Positions 1 to 11,890 are shown, numbered from the stretch's first letter. The stretch: 64,000 bases of DNA from Azolla caroliniana (GCA_043228905.1 JBHGNT010000002.1:22258001-22322000), one strand, 5' to 3'. Notes: generated from the sequence alone by a model not told the origin. Numbers and translations: made by a program.

Positions 1-2118
1 CTCACCCATAAAGGCACTCCATTTTTATGGACCTCGGAGGCACAAAATGCGTTCGACTCACTCAAACACGCATTCATCACTGCCCCGGTGCTGCTACATG
101 CCGACCCCACAAAACCCTTCCAAGTCGAAACCGATGCCTCTGACTTTGCCATTGGCGCCATCTTATCCCAAGCAGACGACAACAACCTAATGCACCCAGT
201 GGCTTACTATTCCCGAAAATTTACGGCATCTGAAATCAATTATCCCATTTACGACAAGGAGCTTGCTGCTATCATTGCTGCCTTTGAAGAATGGCGACCC
301 TACTTGGCCGGCGCACAACATCGTGTCCAGGTAGTGACTGATCATAAAAATTTAGTTTATTTTTCCACCACTCGTACTTTGAATCGAAGGCAGGCCCGTT
401 GGTCTACATTTCTCGCCGACTACAATTTTGAGATCGTATTTCGACCTGGTGGCCAACATGGGAAGGCTGATGCCCTTTCTCGCCGAGCTGACCTTGCACT
501 CCGCCCTGGGGATGCTGCTTATGCTCAACAATCTAGACGTTTGTTGAAACCCGACCAATTGCATCTGTTTGCCACTTGTATGTTGCAGGATGATTCTTTA
601 CTCCAACAAATCACTGATGCATCCAAGACCGATGCGTTCGCCAACGAGATTCGAGATAGTTTGCAAAACCCCTCCAAGGCGACCAAAAGGAAGGATCTTG
701 ACACCTTCACCATACAAGAGGGTTTGTTGTTCCGAGATCATCTCTTATACGTCCCAGAGGGCCCATGTCGCACTCGGGTGTTGCGGGAATGCCACGATGA
801 CCCACTTGCAGGTCATTTCGGGTTCGCGAAAACCCTCGAGCTAATCTCTCGGGGGTATTGGTGGCCACAACCATGGAAGCTGGTCAAAGAATACATAAAG
901 AGTTGTGAGGTTTGTGCTCGCTCCAAAGCCATTCATCATCGGCCATACGGCTTACTACAGCCGCTTCCATGTCCTCGTCGTCCTTGGGCCTCTATCTCTA
1001 TGGACCTGATAACTGATCTACCCTTGGTCAATAGCTATGACTCGGTGTTGGTCGTTGTCGATCGGTTTACGAAGATGGCTCACTTCACTCCATGCTCCAA
1101 AACCATTTCCGGAGAAGGAATGGTGCATCTCCTACTCAACAATGTAGTACGCTTGCATGGACTCCCCGATGATGTCATCTCGGATCGCGGACCCCAGTTT
1201 GTCTCTCACTTCTGGCAGCGCCTGCTACAAACTTTAGGCATCTCTGTCAAGTTGTCCTCCGCTTATCACCCCCAAACTGACGGGCAAACAGAACGTGTCA
1301 ACCAAATCCTTGAGCAGTATCTTCGGTGCTCGGTTAGTTACCAACAAGATGATTGGGTCAACTTACTTTCGCTCGCGGAATTCGCCTACAATAATTCTCT
1401 CCATGCATCGACTGGCGTCACTCCCTTCTTTGCCAACTACGGTTTACATCCTCGCTTCAACATTTCCCTTCCTACCACTTCCGTGAACCCTTCGGCGGAG
1501 GATCGTGCCCGCATTTTGGAAGAAGTACATCATGATTTATCCTTGGAGCTTAGTCTTGCTAATGAACGATACAAGAAGCAGGCTGATCGCCATCGATCTT
1601 CCACTCCACACTTTGTCGTTGGAGACATGGTCTGGTTGTTACGTCGACACATCTCTACTACTCGTCCATGTGCGAAACTTGATTACAAGAAGTTGGGACC
1701 ATTCCGTATCATCGAGTGCATCAATCCCGTCGCCTTCCGGCTCGCCCTTCCATCCCACTTCCGGATTCACGATGTTTTTCATGTCTCCCTCCTCGAACCC
1801 CATTATGCTTCACAACTCCCAGGACGTCAAGCCCCACCACCACCACCTGTGCAATTGACGACAGGGGAGGAATACGAGGTCGACCAAATCCTTGACTCGC
1901 GTTGGCACCGTCGACACTTGCAATACCTCGTCCTATGGAGGGGTTACCCCATGTCTGAGGCCACATGGGAACCATCGGCAAATTTACAAAATGCCCCAGA
2001 GGCCGTCCAAGATTTTCATCACCGATATCCCCACAAACCAACGGCCGATTTGGGAAGGCGGCGGCGTAAGAGGGGGGATAATGTCAAGATTCGAACTCTT
2101 GACACGACCATGTTATAA
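1..2118 (+). CDS. pol: Ty3/gypsy chromovirus (Tcn1-like) pol, 3' part: RNase H, integrase, group I chromodomain; runs off the left edge of the window
   Basis: ETDASDFAIGAIL and YPIYDKELAAI (RNase H); HDDPLAGH...CEVC zinc finger; SMDLI, SDRGPQF, QTERVN (integrase DDE); GPF motif; EYEVDQILDSR..YLVLWRGY..ATWEP chromodomain. The ORF reads through the PPT into the LTR. Confidence 0.95.
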   Translation, partial: LTHKGTPFLWTSEAQNAFDSLKHAFITAPVLLHADPTKPFQVETDASDFAIGAILSQADDNNLMHPVAYYSRKFTASEINYPIYDKELAAIIAAFEEWRPYLAGAQHRVQVVTDHKNLVYFSTTRTLNRRQARWSTFLADYNFEIVFRPGGQHGKADALSRRADLALRPGDAAYAQQSRRLLKPDQLHLFATCMLQDDSLLQQITDASKTDAFANEIRDSLQNPSKATKRKDLDTFTIQEGLLFRDHLLYVPEGPCRTRVLRECHDDPLAGHFGFAKTLELISRGYWWPQPWKLVKEYIKSCEVCARSKAIHHRPYGLLQPLPCPRRPWASISMDLITDLPLVNSYDSVLVVVDRFTKMAHFTPCSKTISGEGMVHLLLNNVVRLHGLPDDVISDRGPQFVSHFWQRLLQTLGISVKLSSAYHPQTDGQTERVNQILEQYLRCSVSYQQDDWVNLLSLAEFAYNNSLHASTGVTPFFANYGLHPRFNISLPTTSVNPSAEDRARILEEVHHDLSLELSLANERYKKQADRHRSSTPHFVVGDMVWLLRRHISTTRPCAKLDYKKLGPFRIIECINPVAFRLALPSHFRIHDVFHVSLLEPHYASQLPGRQAPPPPPVQLTTGEEYEVDQILDSRWHRRHLQYLVLWRGYPMSEATWEPSANLQNAPEAVQDFHHRYPHKPTADLGRRRRKRGDNVKIRTLDTTML

Positions 2119-2434
2119 TCTACTATTATGAGTTAACCAAGATATCTAGTACTAGTTATGTATATAATTGTTCCTTATTATTTTGCTAGCATCATGTGCA
2201 TAGTTGCTCCCTTGTAGTATTTACACTTGGCACATGCATGCATACCTACATGCTCTATTGTAGATTCACATGCGTGCAACAAGTATGCATGCCATGTAGT
2301 ATAAATAGAGGAGTTCACCTTGAAGGAATTCAAGGTGAACAACACCAGTTATGGAGTCTTTCCTTTAGTACTATCTTCTTTCTTGTCCATTTGGTTATCT
2401 TCTTCGTTGTCTCTTGAGTTTATGATCCGTGACA
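2082..2434 (+). repeat. 3' LTR of element 1 (TG...CA), inserted into the RT of element 2
   Basis: Preceded by PPT AAGAGGGGGGATAA; begins TGTCA and ends TGACA; TATAAATA at 2300; element 2 RT sequence begins at 2435. Confidence 0.88.
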
Positions 2435-2930
2435 GCATGTTCTTGTAATGTACGGCTATAAACTAAAATATCATCCGAGAAAATAACGACGAATTTTCCA
2501 AGTTGTTCTCGGAAAATGTCATTCATTTCTTGTTGAAAAGTAGCCGGAGCATTGGTCAAACCAAAAGGCATAAACAAAAACTCGTAATGGTCATAGCGTG
2601 TACGAAATGCCGTTTTAGGAACATCGTCCTCACTTATTCGTATTTGATGGTAGCCAGTACGGAGATCAAGTTTTGTAAAATACCGAGTTCCTTGGAGACG
2701 GTCAATTAGATCGTCAACCCGGGGCAATGGGTACGAATTCTTGATCGTCACTTTATTCAAGCATCGGTAATTAATACACATACGCCATGTGCCCTCTTTC
2801 TTTATAACCAAGAGAACTAGTGCACCCCATGGAGATTTACTATAACGTATATAACCCATTCGTAAATAGTCCTTGAGTTGCTTAGATACCTCATCTTCTT
2901 CAGATCGACTTAAGCGATACGGAGGTATAC
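2435..2930 (-). pseudogene. pol: Reverse transcriptase fragment of element 2
   Basis: [39 protein letters not shown] motifs; cut by the element 1 LTR. Confidence 0.85.
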
Positions 2931-4595
2931 TTATTGGTGCAACACCAGGTACAATATCATAGTACGATGGTCTATATTACGTTTAGGAGGTAACCCATCA
3001 GGTAGTTCACTTGGAAAAACTTCATGAAAATCATTTAAGATTTCATCAAGTTGTTGTTGTTCAAAATATGTTAATTGAACCGGGACATTATCGATATTGT
3101 AAACGTGAATGTCCGGATCAAGTACACAATAAAATAACGTAGAACAAGACAACTCAGATATTGATGGACACGAGGAAACAATCGAGAGGGATTGTTTTTT
3201 TACACATTGAATAAAATGCGTACAATCGTTCAGTACAAAAGAAATAGAATGGCGAACCCAATCAATAAATAAAGAAGAGTTTTTATTATAAAACCAGCGA
3301 TAACCCAATATTACATCGGTGGTACAAAGATTCATTACATGGAAGTCTACTTCCTCTATATAAGTATCAATAGAAATTCCTAATGAATGAATCGCCCCGT
3401 TGATGTATTGTACTCTTCCATCAGCCAAGTGCACCGTGTAGGTGTGATCACTTACGATGGGTTGGATTCCCCATATCTGAACCAAACGATCATTCACAAA
3501 ATTGTGTGAGCTTCCCGAATCAAATAAAAATTGTACGGGAGATCCATTGATATACCCGTTTGCACGTAGTAAATCATTGGGACCCAATACATAGTGAGGG
3601 AAAGAACATTGACAATTACTTAAATGATGTGTATAGACCTGAAGGACATTAGGAATCTGACCTTTATGGTCTGCAGCTTTAGCTTTGTTGTCGTGCTCTT
3701 TCCATTGGATCTTTCGACATTGATCTTTTGTATGACCCTTCTTTTTGCAGAATACGCAAAAAGGATGTTGTCGCATACAATCGCGATCCACGAATTCGTT
3801 GGGTGTCTTGCGTTTCCCAACAAATTGCGACTGCTTAGTCCCGGGCGCTTCGTTGGGTTTGTTGTGGTCCTTCTTCAAAGTGCGTTGATAGTGAAGAACT
3901 ATTTCAATGGCCTCTTTGAAGGATTCTGGATCCTTATTGTGCACTATCCAGTGATAGTCCGAATTGGGGATGCCATTGACAAAACAAGCTATCAACCAAT
4001 TGTCCCCTTCTAGACCCGATTTTTGGATTTGGGTTCTAGCATGGTGAACATAGTCTTCTAGAGAGGAAAATTTCCTGCTAGAGAGGTTCATTAAAGCTTG
4101 TGCTGCCTCGGTTCGAGAGGGAGGTTGCAGAAATTGGCCCTTAAAAACCATGACAAAATTTGTCCAGGTATCAGGCAATTTCCCCATAGTACAGAGCCCA
4201 CGCCACCAGGCAGCGGCCTTTCCCCCGAGTTCTCAGCCGACATATGCAATCTTCGTACTATCTGGCGTGGGATAGAGTTCAAAATGAGACTCCCATCGTC
4301 CCAGCCATGTGCAGATTGCTTCATCGGTTCTTTCCTTTTTGTCTCCTGTAAATGGCTTAACGACAAATGATGGTTCACCTTGTCGCTCATCAGGTCTATT
4401 AGTCTCACGTTGTAGACTAATGACACGTGCCTCAAGAGGACTCTGAGATTGCCGAAGTTCGGTCATCTGTTGAGCAGTGAAACTAAGGTATTGGGTTATT
4501 TGTGCCAAATACATCTCAGTGGACATATGTCGAGGAGGATTCCCTTGAGTTCCTTCCGCTTGAGCGGATGACATTGGATCGTTAATTTGAGCCAT
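2931..4595 (-). pseudogene. gag: gag-protease of element 2, interrupted reading frame
   Basis: ORFs 4233-4595 (VKPFTGD..WL..WE) and 2931-4187 (CCHC knuckle, DSG protease). Confidence 0.8.
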
Positions 4596-5779
4596 TAAAG
4601 ATTATTTCTGGAAAAGAAATAGGATAAGGTCAGAGAGATAGTCATAACATCATGTCGTGATGTAAACATATCATGGGCAAACATTAATCGATATCATGAT
4701 CTCGCGTCAATACCCCTCTAGACGTATGAGATTAGGTTCAAGATCAGGTTACTATGGTAACACAAAGGTGTTTTAAAAACCATGGGGGAGACAATTTAAT
4801 GTCTTTCCCTGATCTCTATATCGATTTTTTCATGGTGGCTCCCCGAGGCTCAACCATGTATGTTCGCGTCATGAATAGTTTATACACGAAAAAAAATGTT
4901 AACAATAAACTATGTTTCGGTGCCCACATATGTGGTTTCGGCTCTTTAAGTCCTATTACGAGGACCCCGAGGTGCACTTTGACCTTAAGTCTAAACATGT
5001 GTTATAGTCATATTATGTATCAAGGATGTTGTATGGTCTTGGTCATATTTGAACTCGAGACCTCGAGAACAAATACATTAAACACTTGAGCCAACCAAGT
5101 AAGTTTCTCTTCTCGAATGCTTAATGTTTGATGTGTATAAGAGATATGCGAGCATTTGATCATATATCGTTTTTTTTAAAAGAACATATATGTCAAGGGT
5201 CCTTATTTCGCCCTCATTTACCAAAACTATGTTGGTATGTTACCTAACCTCAAGTCTCGTAATTACGATGGCATACGCCAAAGTGCAACCTAATGGTCAA
5301 GCCAAATGAGCCCTCGTTTCGTAGTAGGCCCACGTGGCCCATCACATGGTCACGTCATTACTAATGCCTCTCATAAGAACGAGCTCATGGTGGCATCGTA
5401 TCCATGTAACGAGGGAGGGATGTTGGATACGTGTGTCATTGGAGCGACCTCACTTGAAGTGGGTCAAGCCCTACGTACTCAACATCATTATGGCTATAGG
5501 CGTTTCTTTACGTAACAAAATCGAGGTCATCAACGGGGTTGTCAACAATAAAAAATTGTTGAAAAAGGGATGGTGACAACGCCATTCTCACAAAAATGTT
5601 ACGACGGCCACCAACATCCTTTTCCCGACAAGGACAACTTTCGATATAATCACGTAATAACGAATATACACATATGTTTACTTATCATATATATACGATC
5701 AAATACGTATATACGTGACCACATATGCCTATATTAACATATCGTTATATTAAATAGCCACAAATGATGTGATCGAGAT

Positions 5780-6040
5780 ACGTAATCGAGGTATATACCT
5801 CTACGCACACGAAACATCCACAAATAAGAGATCATCGTAATACGCAATTGAGGTATTGACCTCTTACGCATACGAGACCAAACGCATATCCTTTACAACA
5901 AATCAAGGTATTAAACTCATGCGCAAACGTAACATATGTTCTTGAACGTAATACGTAATTGAGGTATTAACCTCGTACGCATCCGACATTCATCACATAT
6001 TATTTATATGTCAAACAAGGTATTGACCTCGTGCACATAT
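5780..6040. repeat. Five degenerate 55-62 bp tandem units, each with a GAGGT-N4-ACCTC-type core, in the element 2 leader
   Basis: Cores at 5788, 5850, 5905, 5961 and 6017. Confidence 0.75.
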
Positions 6041-6876
6041 GTAAACGTTTTAGATAATCAATTAAAGACCACTACAACATCATTGACTTAATGAAAAAAA
6101 TTGACATATAAACTAAACACATGATTAGATGGGAGAAGAGAGAATAGAAAGAAAAAAATTTATTACGGAAAGAGTTACCGAAGTTCTTTGTTGATCGTTG
6201 TCTGGATCAAGGCCGACCGCACATCGATCGATCACCATCAATCAAAAGTCAAAAGACAAACAAAGAAACATTAGTACATAAATCTGATACCAAATATTAG
6301 AGATCTAGGTACTAAAGTAAGCTTAAGATAAGGATAAAGTAATGATAGATAGAAAGGAGAAAGAGAACGAAGGGTGCCGATCCACCTGACCACCCCCGAG
6401 TGAAGGGATCAAGATGGACTCAAGCCTCGATCGGCGTCCCATACCACCGCCGTGGCATCGAGTCGTACCTGGTGCTGGCGCGCTCGCTACAAGAGTTGAC
6501 CCACCACAAGAGCAGACTCTCGATGTAGTCAAAAAGATGATGAAATGAGGGTAGCTAGGCCTCTTATTTATAGCGATACCCAAGGCCCCCAGGCAAGTTC
6601 ACACTTGACCTAATGGGTTGTCTCAATCCCGAGGATTAAAAGTAATCCTCCCCTTCTTTACACTCTCGTTTAACCCTCACACTTATCCACGTGTATAGAA
6701 TACTACGGTAAATTCTCACCACGGGATATTAAATGGTCATGCCCGTAACACTAGACTGTCAGGAACAATACTGTCAGGAACAGTACTAAGACAGAGAAGG
6801 AATTAGTACTAAAAGAAGTATTAGTACTAAGAGAGGTGAAGAACTCTCGAGAGAAGGAAAGAGTGAGTGAGAGGGA

Positions 6877-6923
<47 letters not shown>

Positions 6924-7203
6924 AGAAAAGATATATATTATGTGAAGAAAATGTACAGTAGCTAGGAGGCTTAAGACTGGCGTTGAACCGATTTGGTTCG
7001 AAATAATGCCGTGTGCCTCCTTTTATAGTGTTCTAAGGAATACTCCTGAAGTTTCTAGAATGTTCCAAAGAAATCTGGAATATACATCAATTTTCTATAA
7101 TAAAACATAAATGAAAATAATATTCTACGTATTACAATGTATAATCTAATGGTCAAGAGCTCGACTCATGTAGCATAAGGTCATGGGTTCGAGTCTTGCC
7201 ATA

Positions 7204-10200
7204 TCATGACACTATCCCCCCTTTAAAACGACGAGTGTAACGAGTCGTTTTGGATTGAGGACCCGGTTTGTCTGGATATTGACGATGGAAGTCTTCAAGA
7301 AGAGCACGAGCCTTGGTGACATTCTCTATCAGTTCCCAAGTACGCTCACTGGGACTATATCCTAGCCAATCGACTAGATAGTAGAGCTTGTTGCGAACAA
7401 GCTTGGAATCAAGGATGGCGGCAACCTCGTACTCAGGTCCATCTTCAAGCTCGATCGGGGGTGGAGGCTGTGTAATACGTCCTGGGATGGTGCTCTCTTG
7501 ATAGGGTTCGAGGAGAGAACTATGAAACACCAGATGTATCCGAAGTTGTGGAGGTAGATCAAGACAAAAAGCGACATCATTAATCTTTCCTATAATACGG
7601 AAAGGACCTAATCGCCAATAATCCAACTTCTCGCATGGGCGAGTGGTCTTGATGTGTCGTCGGAGTAGCCATACCCAATCTCCAATGTTAAAACTAGATG
7701 GGAGTCGATGACGATCCGCATAAACCTTGTGTGTTTGTTGAGCTTGTTGGAGATGAGTAGATACATCCGCTTGTATCTTGCGTAACCTCTCCAAACGATC
7801 TTCTGTGCAAGGATTTGTGGACACCTCTGGGGTTTCAAGTACACACCACCGGGGGTGACATCCCGTATAAGCATAAAATGGCGTAACTTTAGTGGATGCG
7901 TGGATAGAGTTGTTATAGGCAAATTCGGCGAAGTGGAGAATATCTGCCCAGTCATCCTGATGATAGCTGAGAAAGCACCGTAGATATTGCTCCAGCGTTT
8001 GATTGGTTCGTTCGGCTTGGCCATCGGTTTGGGGGTGGTAGCCGGAGGAGAGGTTACAAGTGACCTTGAGCATGTTAAAAAGGTGCTTCCAAAATTTTGA
8101 CACGAACTGGGGTCCACGGTCGCTAATGATACTATCAGGAAGTCCATGATGCCGACATACTTCACACATGACAATTTCGGCAGTGTCTTCACTGGAGATC
8201 TCCTTAGTACATGGCAAGAAATGAGCCATCTTCGTATATCGATCGACCACCGTTAGAATCGCATTGAACCCCTTAGAGAGTGGAAGATCTATGATGAAGT
8301 CTAGAGCAATGGATTGCCACGGCTTGCTTGGAATTGGTAATGGTTCTAATAAACCATATGGATGATGCCTTGGCATTTTTGCTCTGCAGCATGTATCACA
8401 AGTCCGAACAAAATCCTCGACAAATTGTCGCATACAGGGCCACCAGAATGATCGTTGTACTAAATGTAATGTTTTGGTACTACCAAAATGCCTAGTTGTA
8501 TATGTGTCATGACAGTTTTGTACTACTTGAAGGCGGCAAGAACCATTAGGAACATACAAAAGTTCTTTAAAGAAGAGTAATCCATCATGGTATTTGAATT
8601 GCCGATAGTCCGTACCTGGTGGTTGCAACTGTAAACACGACGCGTGAGAGGGATCAATTTGTGCTAGTATAGCTTGGGCGAACGCATCTGTCTTCAAGTC
8701 TTCGCGTATGGTATCGATAACGTGGGAATCCATGGGCATGTCAAAGATCTGTGTTGCTTGTAGTCGTGCTGGTCCCAACATGACTTGTTTTTGGTTATCA
8801 AAAGTTGGCTCGCCGGGACGGGGTGCTAGATACGAACGCCGTGATAATGCATCTGCCTTCCCTTGGTGCTTCCCCGGACGATATGTAATTTTGAAGTCGA
8901 AACGCGTGAGGAAGTGGGCCCACCGAGCTTGACGTCGATTCAACACACGAGCATCCTGAAAGTAGGCAAGGTTCTTGTGGTCACTAAATACAATGACCGG
9001 ATGCGAGGATCCCTCCAGAAAATGCCTCCATTGCATAAAAGAATCCACTATTGCCAGTAGCTCCTTATCATGAATTTTGTAGTTGATTTCAGCGGCGTCA
9101 AACTTGCGTGAGTGAAAAGCCACAGGATGTAACTTCTCATCACTCCCTTGTTGTGACAGAATGCTCCCCAATGCAAAATCCGATGTGTCAGCTTCGATAA
9201 TGAATGGTTTTTCCGGATCTACATGAGCTAGAATTGGAGCCGATGTAAATGCCTTTTTAAGACTCTCTAAAGCCATGTCCGTTTCTTTAGACCAGATGAA
9301 CGGTTGTCCTTTCCTGGTAAGTTGTGTGAGAGGTAGAACGATCTTTGAGTAATCTTGTATGAACTTCCGGTAAAAATTGGCAAAGCCTAGGAAGCATTGC
9401 ACATCCCACACCGAACGCGGAGTTTGCCATTCTACCACCGTTTTGACCTTAGCTGGGTCCATGGAGATGCCTTCTGACGAAATGATGTACCCGAGAAATT
9501 CCACTTGGTTGCACCCGAAACTACATTTTTCCAGCTTTGCATACAGACCATGTTCTCGAAGTCGTTTTAGTACTAATAGTACATGAGAATCATGTTCTTC
9601 TTGGGTCTTTGAATAAACCAGTAGATCATCCAAATAGATGATCAAACAATCATCCAATAGATCTCGGAATATATCATTAGCCATGTGCTGGAAGACTGTC
9701 GGCGCATTAGTGAGGCCGAACGGCATGATCATATACTCGAAGTGCCCATATCTGGTGCGAAACGTGGTCTTCCATTTGTCTCCTGGTTGGATCCGTACGA
9801 GGTTATATGCTCCCCGTAAGTCGATCTTCGTGAAGAACCTGGCACCATTGATCCGTTCCAAAAGACTTGAGATAAGGGGAAGAGCATACCTATTCCTGAT
9901 TGTAACCTTATTCAGGCCACGGTAATCTACAACGAGACGAAGCGATCCATCCTTTTTCTTGACGAAGAAAATGGGCGCGCCAGCTGGAGATTTCGAATGC
10001 CGAATGAAACCATTTTCCAAATTCTCCTCTATATAGGCCCGAAGGACTTCCAGCTCAGTTGGTGACAAATTGTAGATCGGTCCCCATGGCGGCTCTTTTC
10101 CCGGTTGTAAATCGATGGGGCAATCGTACGGTCGATGATGAGGAAGTGTGTTGGCTTGTACTTTATCAAACACATCAACGTAATGACGATACTTCTCAGG

Positions 10201-10317
10201 AAGTTGAACGGTGGATTCTTCTTTAGTGGTGCTGGAGGGGTTTACTGATATTGCAAAGAGGAACATTTCTTCCTTGCGCCCTTCTTTACGCAATTGACAT
10301 AGCGAAATGGTTGCCAT
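7204..10317 (-). CDS. pol: pol of element 3: RT, RNase H, integrase, chromodomain
   Basis: YLDD; EADTSDFALG; CHDTYTTRH..CDTC; ALDFI, SDRGPQF, AERTN; EYEVAAILDS..YLVDWLGY..TWE. Confidence 0.95.
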   Translation of the reverse strand: MATISLCQLRKEGRKEEMFLFAISVNPSSTTKEESTVQLPEKYRHYVDVFDKVQANTLPHHRPYDCPIDLQPGKEPPWGPIYNLSPTELEVLRAYIEENLENGFIRHSKSPAGAPIFFVKKKDGSLRLVVDYRGLNKVTIRNRYALPLISSLLERINGARFFTKIDLRGAYNLVRIQPGDKWKTTFRTRYGHFEYMIMPFGLTNAPTVFQHMANDIFRDLLDDCLIIYLDDLLVYSKTQEEHDSHVLLVLKRLREHGLYAKLEKCSFGCNQVEFLGYIISSEGISMDPAKVKTVVEWQTPRSVWDVQCFLGFANFYRKFIQDYSKIVLPLTQLTRKGQPFIWSKETDMALESLKKAFTSAPILAHVDPEKPFIIEADTSDFALGSILSQQGSDEKLHPVAFHSRKFDAAEINYKIHDKELLAIVDSFMQWRHFLEGSSHPVIVFSDHKNLAYFQDARVLNRRQARWAHFLTRFDFKITYRPGKHQGKADALSRRSYLAPRPGEPTFDNQKQVMLGPARLQATQIFDMPMDSHVIDTIREDLKTDAFAQAILAQIDPSHASCLQLQPPGTDYRQFKYHDGLLFFKELLYVPNGSCRLQVVQNCHDTYTTRHFGSTKTLHLVQRSFWWPCMRQFVEDFVRTCDTCCRAKMPRHHPYGLLEPLPIPSKPWQSIALDFIIDLPLSKGFNAILTVVDRYTKMAHFLPCTKEISSEDTAEIVMCEVCRHHGLPDSIISDRGPQFVSKFWKHLFNMLKVTCNLSSGYHPQTDGQAERTNQTLEQYLRCFLSYHQDDWADILHFAEFAYNNSIHASTKVTPFYAYTGCHPRWCVLETPEVSTNPCTEDRLERLRKIQADVSTHLQQAQQTHKVYADRHRLPSSFNIGDWVWLLRRHIKTTRPCEKLDYWRLGPFRIIGKINDVAFCLDLPPQLRIHLVFHSSLLEPYQESTIPGRITQPPPPIELEDGPEYEVAAILDSKLVRNKLYYLVDWLGYSPSERTWELIENVTKARALLEDFHRQYPDKPGPQSKTTRYTRRFKGGIVS

Positions 10318-11890
10318 CTTCTGAGTTGACCCTTGGGTTTGTCGACACCGGATTTCTCTTGTTCTCCAATCTATGTCTGGACTATGGAACTCGAACCACG
10401 GTAATCCTAAAACTATGGGATGTTCTGGGATACTAATAATATTAAATGATACTACACATGCTAAGTTATCTAGGACAATATTAATGGGCCCTGACTCTTC
10501 TATGATATTTCCGGAAGCAATGGGACGTCCATCAATGACTACTACAGAGGCTGGACACTAGAGTTTTCTTAGGGATATCTTATGAGCGTGAGCAAATTTC
10601 TTATCCATAAAGCAAGATTTAGCTTCGGAATCTAGGAGTGCTAGGACATGTACTGGAGGGGTACTTTTAGTACTAACTATTACTTGGGTTACGAACACAT
10701 CACTAACTTGCTTAGAGGGAATGGAACCACTAATGGGTTGCACAAATCTAGGGCTGTCCAACCAAACGGCTCCTATTTTGGCTGGACTTAGTCGTTTAAC
10801 TCTTCTTCTAACTGACTAAGGACATCAAATCTGTTCGCTAGATCTGGGCTATTAGTACTATTAGGACTATCAGATATCCCTACTGAACTATTTGGTTTAG
10901 TACAATTAGAACTAGCGACTATTAGAACTAGCGACTATTTGGTTTACCTGTCTTCTTGGCCTATGGGGGCAATTTATTGCGATATGTCCTGGTCCACTGC
11001 AGTAAAGACATAGTCGATTTGTACGGTGTTGTTGCTTTTCTTCTTCGGATAATGGCCCTCGACGACGTGTAGTGTCAATCTCCATCGGAGTCGGACTATT
11101 CACTGGAGGCGCATTATATGACTCCCTTGGAAAAGGTCTTGATACCACTGAGGCGTAGGTGGGCTCTGATCTTGCCCTCGGCATTTGTAGTTGTCGTTCC
11201 GAATGTCGCTCAAAGAGGCGGTTGTCACATCTCACCGCGCGACTGATTGCTTCTGTTAAGGAATTGCTCCATCAACGCTTGATCATCCCAAGGGATATCG
11301 GCGACGAGTAGGCGAAAATCTGTAGCGTATGCAGAGGCTGGACGGTCACCTTGGCGTAATCGCCGAATTTTGTTGATTACGATCCTGATGCTGTCAGTAT
11401 CTCCGAAACATGCTTTAAACTCACCTAGAAACTCTTCAAAATTGTTGAGTAACGGAGATTCCTTTTCTAATAGTGGAGCGAACCATGCCAACGCTGAGCC
11501 ACTTAACAAAGTGCCTACTAAACCCACTCGTGATGCATCGGTGGGATATCGGGAAGGATGCATTTGAATAACTAATCGTACCTGGTTAAGGAACCCTCTA
11601 AACTGCGATCGCGTTCCATCGAACTTTGTGGGAAGGCCAATCTTGGGTTCTTTATGAATCCCTTGTGTTCCGGGCCCTTGTTGTTGCATTGCTACGATGG
11701 TGGCTTCGAGTTGTTGCACGCGTAACGCAAGTTCCCCATGTTGTTGTTGCGTTTGCTGCTTTTCTAAGGAGATTTGCTGAAGATCCCCCAGCAACCGTTG
11801 GTTTTCTTGTTCCAAAGCATGGAACTTCTCTTTCAAGCATTGAAATTCCGAAAAAACATATTGATATTCTTCAACGCTAACAGTGGCCAT
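10318..11890 (-). pseudogene. gag: gag (PEG10/Ty3 capsid-like plus CCHC) and protease of element 3, broken frames
   Basis: PTKFDGTRSQFRGFL capsid motif; PMEID motif; CLYCSGPGHIAINC knuckle; ALLDSEA protease; spread over several frames with stops. Confidence 0.85.

Larger units (their letters stand above)
2435..6750 (-). mobile_element. Decayed Ty3/gypsy element 2 (Tekay/Reina-like): 5' LTR, PBS, long leader, gag, protease, RT
   Basis: LTR about 6295-6750 (minus strand starts TGTTACGGG); PBS TGGTATCAGA at 6283-6292 (tRNA-iMet type); gag with CVFCKKKGHTKDQC knuckle; protease LFDSGSS; [14 protein letters not shown], with YxDD mutated to FSDD; stops and frameshifts. Confidence 0.85.

Noticed and set aside
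5780-6040. CRISPR-like palindromic repeat/spacer pattern
   Set aside because: The linkers are related to each other (dimeric tandem repeat), the context is a eukaryotic retrotransposon leader, and no cas genes are present.
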